From a bacterium (GTDB lineage: Bacteria; Krumholzibacteriota; Krumholzibacteriia; G020349025), in the NCBI GenBank assembly GCA_031362565.1, contig JANLSU010000027.1:1-26977 (forward strand): DNA of 26,977 bases. Reading direction: 5' to 3'. This document shows positions 25,528-26,977 of the stretch, piece by piece. The notes below the pieces were generated by a model. That model had not been told where the DNA came from. It ran no database searches and worked only from the letters and a program-made list of their open reading frames with translations. Made by a program: the position numbers and the translations under genes. Positions within the stretch are counted from its first letter, which is position 1; the number at the start of each line of letters is the position of its first letter.

Positions 25528-25724
25528 GCGACGCGTCGTGGCGCCCACTCTGCTTTCTCTCGGGGCGCCCCGACTGACCAGCGCAAACCCGCCGACGGGC
25601 GATACGAGTCAATGGCCGAGTTGTCGAGCGATTTTGGCGGTCGAAGGCATCCTTGCGCTTCACGTAGCCATCCCGGGAAATCACTTCGGTGAGCCGCCGT
25701 TTTTTGGGGTCTTCCATCTAACTG

Positions 25725-26687
25725 CTAGCCAGGCCCGACGCTGCCGTCGAGCAAACTCCGGACCGCACCCGTGCTCGCCCCGGGCGGGCTGAGGCTGGCG
25801 CGCAGTGCCTGCAGCATTTCGGCGTCATGGTCGAGGTGGCGGGCTACCAAGTCGGCCATCGAGATGTCACCGCGGCGCGGGTGCACCGCCCGCCGCTGCC
25901 ACATCCGGGGGCCAAGTGCGTGCAGCAGTTGCAACGTTTGGGCACGCGAGCGCAGGAATTCGCGCCAGGCCATTGGCGCGTCGATTTCGAGCGTTCTGAC
26001 GCGCGCCGCGAGCGCCATCGCGTCTTGCGCGCGCATCTCGGGATGGTCCTGTTCGAGGATCTTGGCGTAGCGTTCGAGCATCAATTGTTCGAAATCGCGA
26101 AGCAACGCCAGCGGTTCGGCGACCGTGCGCTGCTCGAGAACGCCCGCCGGCTGGCCGTCCAAGAGATCGTGCAACGCCCGCCGCGCATCCTCGAGCCGCG
26201 TCAGACAGGCATGCCTCTCCTTGATAGCGCCGATCTGGCGCAAGTGCACAGCATCGTCGCCATGAACTTGCTGTTCGAGGAGCTGGGCTACCGTAATCGA
26301 GCCCTTCGTCGAGTGCAGGCCGCTCATCTCCCACTGCTCGTCCACCAGTGTTTCGAGCAGCGCGACACACTCGCGCCGCAACCGCTTCCAGTCGCGGAGC
26401 GCCTCCGCAAAGCGTTGTTCGCGATAGCGGCGCTCGAGAGCAATGGCGTCGGGATCGCACCACGGCAGGAGCGGCGACCCGCCGGCCAGAATCTTCCGAT
26501 AGCGTTCGAGGCAGGCGTCGCGTTCCATGTCGCGCAGATGGCAAACAATTTCGAGGATCGACCATTTGCCCGGCGCCGGCGTCCAGGTGAGCACGGTGCG
26601 TGGCACGGCTTGCAAAGCCGCATCCAACCGCCGTGGCATTGCACGGAGTTCGTCGAGCAAGCGAGCGCGATTCTCGTGTGGCATCAT
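25725..26687 (-). CDS. DinB/YfiT superfamily protein with two tandem DinB-like domains
   Basis: P.PGKWSILEIVCHLRD.E…R…W…G.H…G.IT…HGDD.VHL.QI, followed by a second copy (LLRDFE…ERY.KIL…W.R…HP.RG.IS…DHD). Confidence 0.88.
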   Translation of the reverse strand: MMPHENRARLLDELRAMPRRLDAALQAVPRTVLTWTPAPGKWSILEIVCHLRDMERDACLERYRKILAGGSPLLPWCDPDAIALERRYREQRFAEALRDWKRLRRECVALLETLVDEQWEMSGLHSTKGSITVAQLLEQQVHGDDAVHLRQIGAIKERHACLTRLEDARRALHDLLDGQPAGVLEQRTVAEPLALLRDFEQLMLERYAKILEQDHPEMRAQDAMALAARVRTLEIDAPMAWREFLRSRAQTLQLLHALGPRMWQRRAVHPRRGDISMADLVARHLDHDAEMLQALRASLSPPGASTGAVRSLLDGSVGPG

Positions 26688-26787
26688 CCACGGCCTCGGC
26701 AACGACCGGCGTCGCAGCGGACGAGGAGTACGGCTTCGGGGTGCGATTCAACCGCTGCAGCCCGAGCCTAGACCGCGGCGCGGCGCG

Positions 26788-26816
26788 TGGCAAGCTCGAT
26801 GGAGAGATGCTAGTCT
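26788..26816 (+). promoter_or_regulatory. Possible extended -10 promoter of the Tat-substrate gene
   Basis: TGGCAA-N17-TAGTCT with TG-C immediately before the -10. Confidence 0.35.
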
Positions 26817-26858
26817 CGCGCCATTGTTGCAGGAACACCAAAACGGGGGGGCAGAGGC

Positions 26859-26977
26859 ATGCGTTGGTCGAGACGTGATTTTCTGGGCGCGGGCTTGGCA
26901 GGGTTCGGAGCGACGCTCGCGACGCGATTCGGCGCCACGCCGGCGAGTGCCGGCTCGAATCCGGTGCGCAATGCGGC
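26859..26977 (+). CDS. 5' end of a twin-arginine (Tat) exported protein, truncated by window edge
   Basis: Not in the ORF track. Translates MRWSRRDFLGAGLAGFGATLATRFGATPASAGSNPVRNA, with the SRRDFL Tat motif and an ASA cleavage site. Purine-rich RBS region upstream. Confidence 0.8.
   Translation, partial: MRWSRRDFLGAGLAGFGATLATRFGATPASAGSNPVRNA

Noticed and set aside
25635..25705. Hammerhead ribozyme or IS200/IS605-type RNA interpretation of the three-stem element
   Set aside because: No CUGANGA core or UH cleavage site; far too short and no associated tnpB/iscB ORF.
25716..25722. GTTAGAT (GTTRRRY) on the minus strand just after the DinB stop, as a possible integron attC core
   Set aside because: No complementary partner box within attC distance, no repeated sites and no integrase.

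Overview
High-GC bacterial chromosomal segment with no rRNA, tRNA, CRISPR array, integrase or transposase. The secreted proteins carry C-terminal 'PNPFNP…FlgD-Ig' and '…SWG.LK..YR' tails, and there is a GWxTD-family gene. Together these suggest an FCB-associated candidate lineage such as Krumholzibacteriota, Eisenbacteria or Latescibacterota (inference). Left to right: a 5'-truncated non-catalytic M16 peptidase subunit; two secreted surface proteins (FG-GAP repeat; propeller-FN3-LamG-FlgD); an 8-gene minus-strand operon for heme-copper oxidase assembly (Cu-motif lipoprotein, ctaA, ctaB/cyoE, ABC-2 pair, SCO, DUF420, APC permease) with no oxidase structural subunit; a SnoaL protein and two paralogous lipoproteins; mgtE; family-5 UDG; sodC; an M19 dipeptidase coupled to a GWxTD protein; a lower-GC three-gene islet (NHL protein with SWG tail, phage tailspike/fibre-like beta-helix protein, small phage-like protein); a tandem DinB protein; and the start of a Tat substrate. 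The best novelty candidates are the prophage-free tailspike islet and the putative SWG C-terminal sorting signal. All calls are by eye from motifs; no searches were run.
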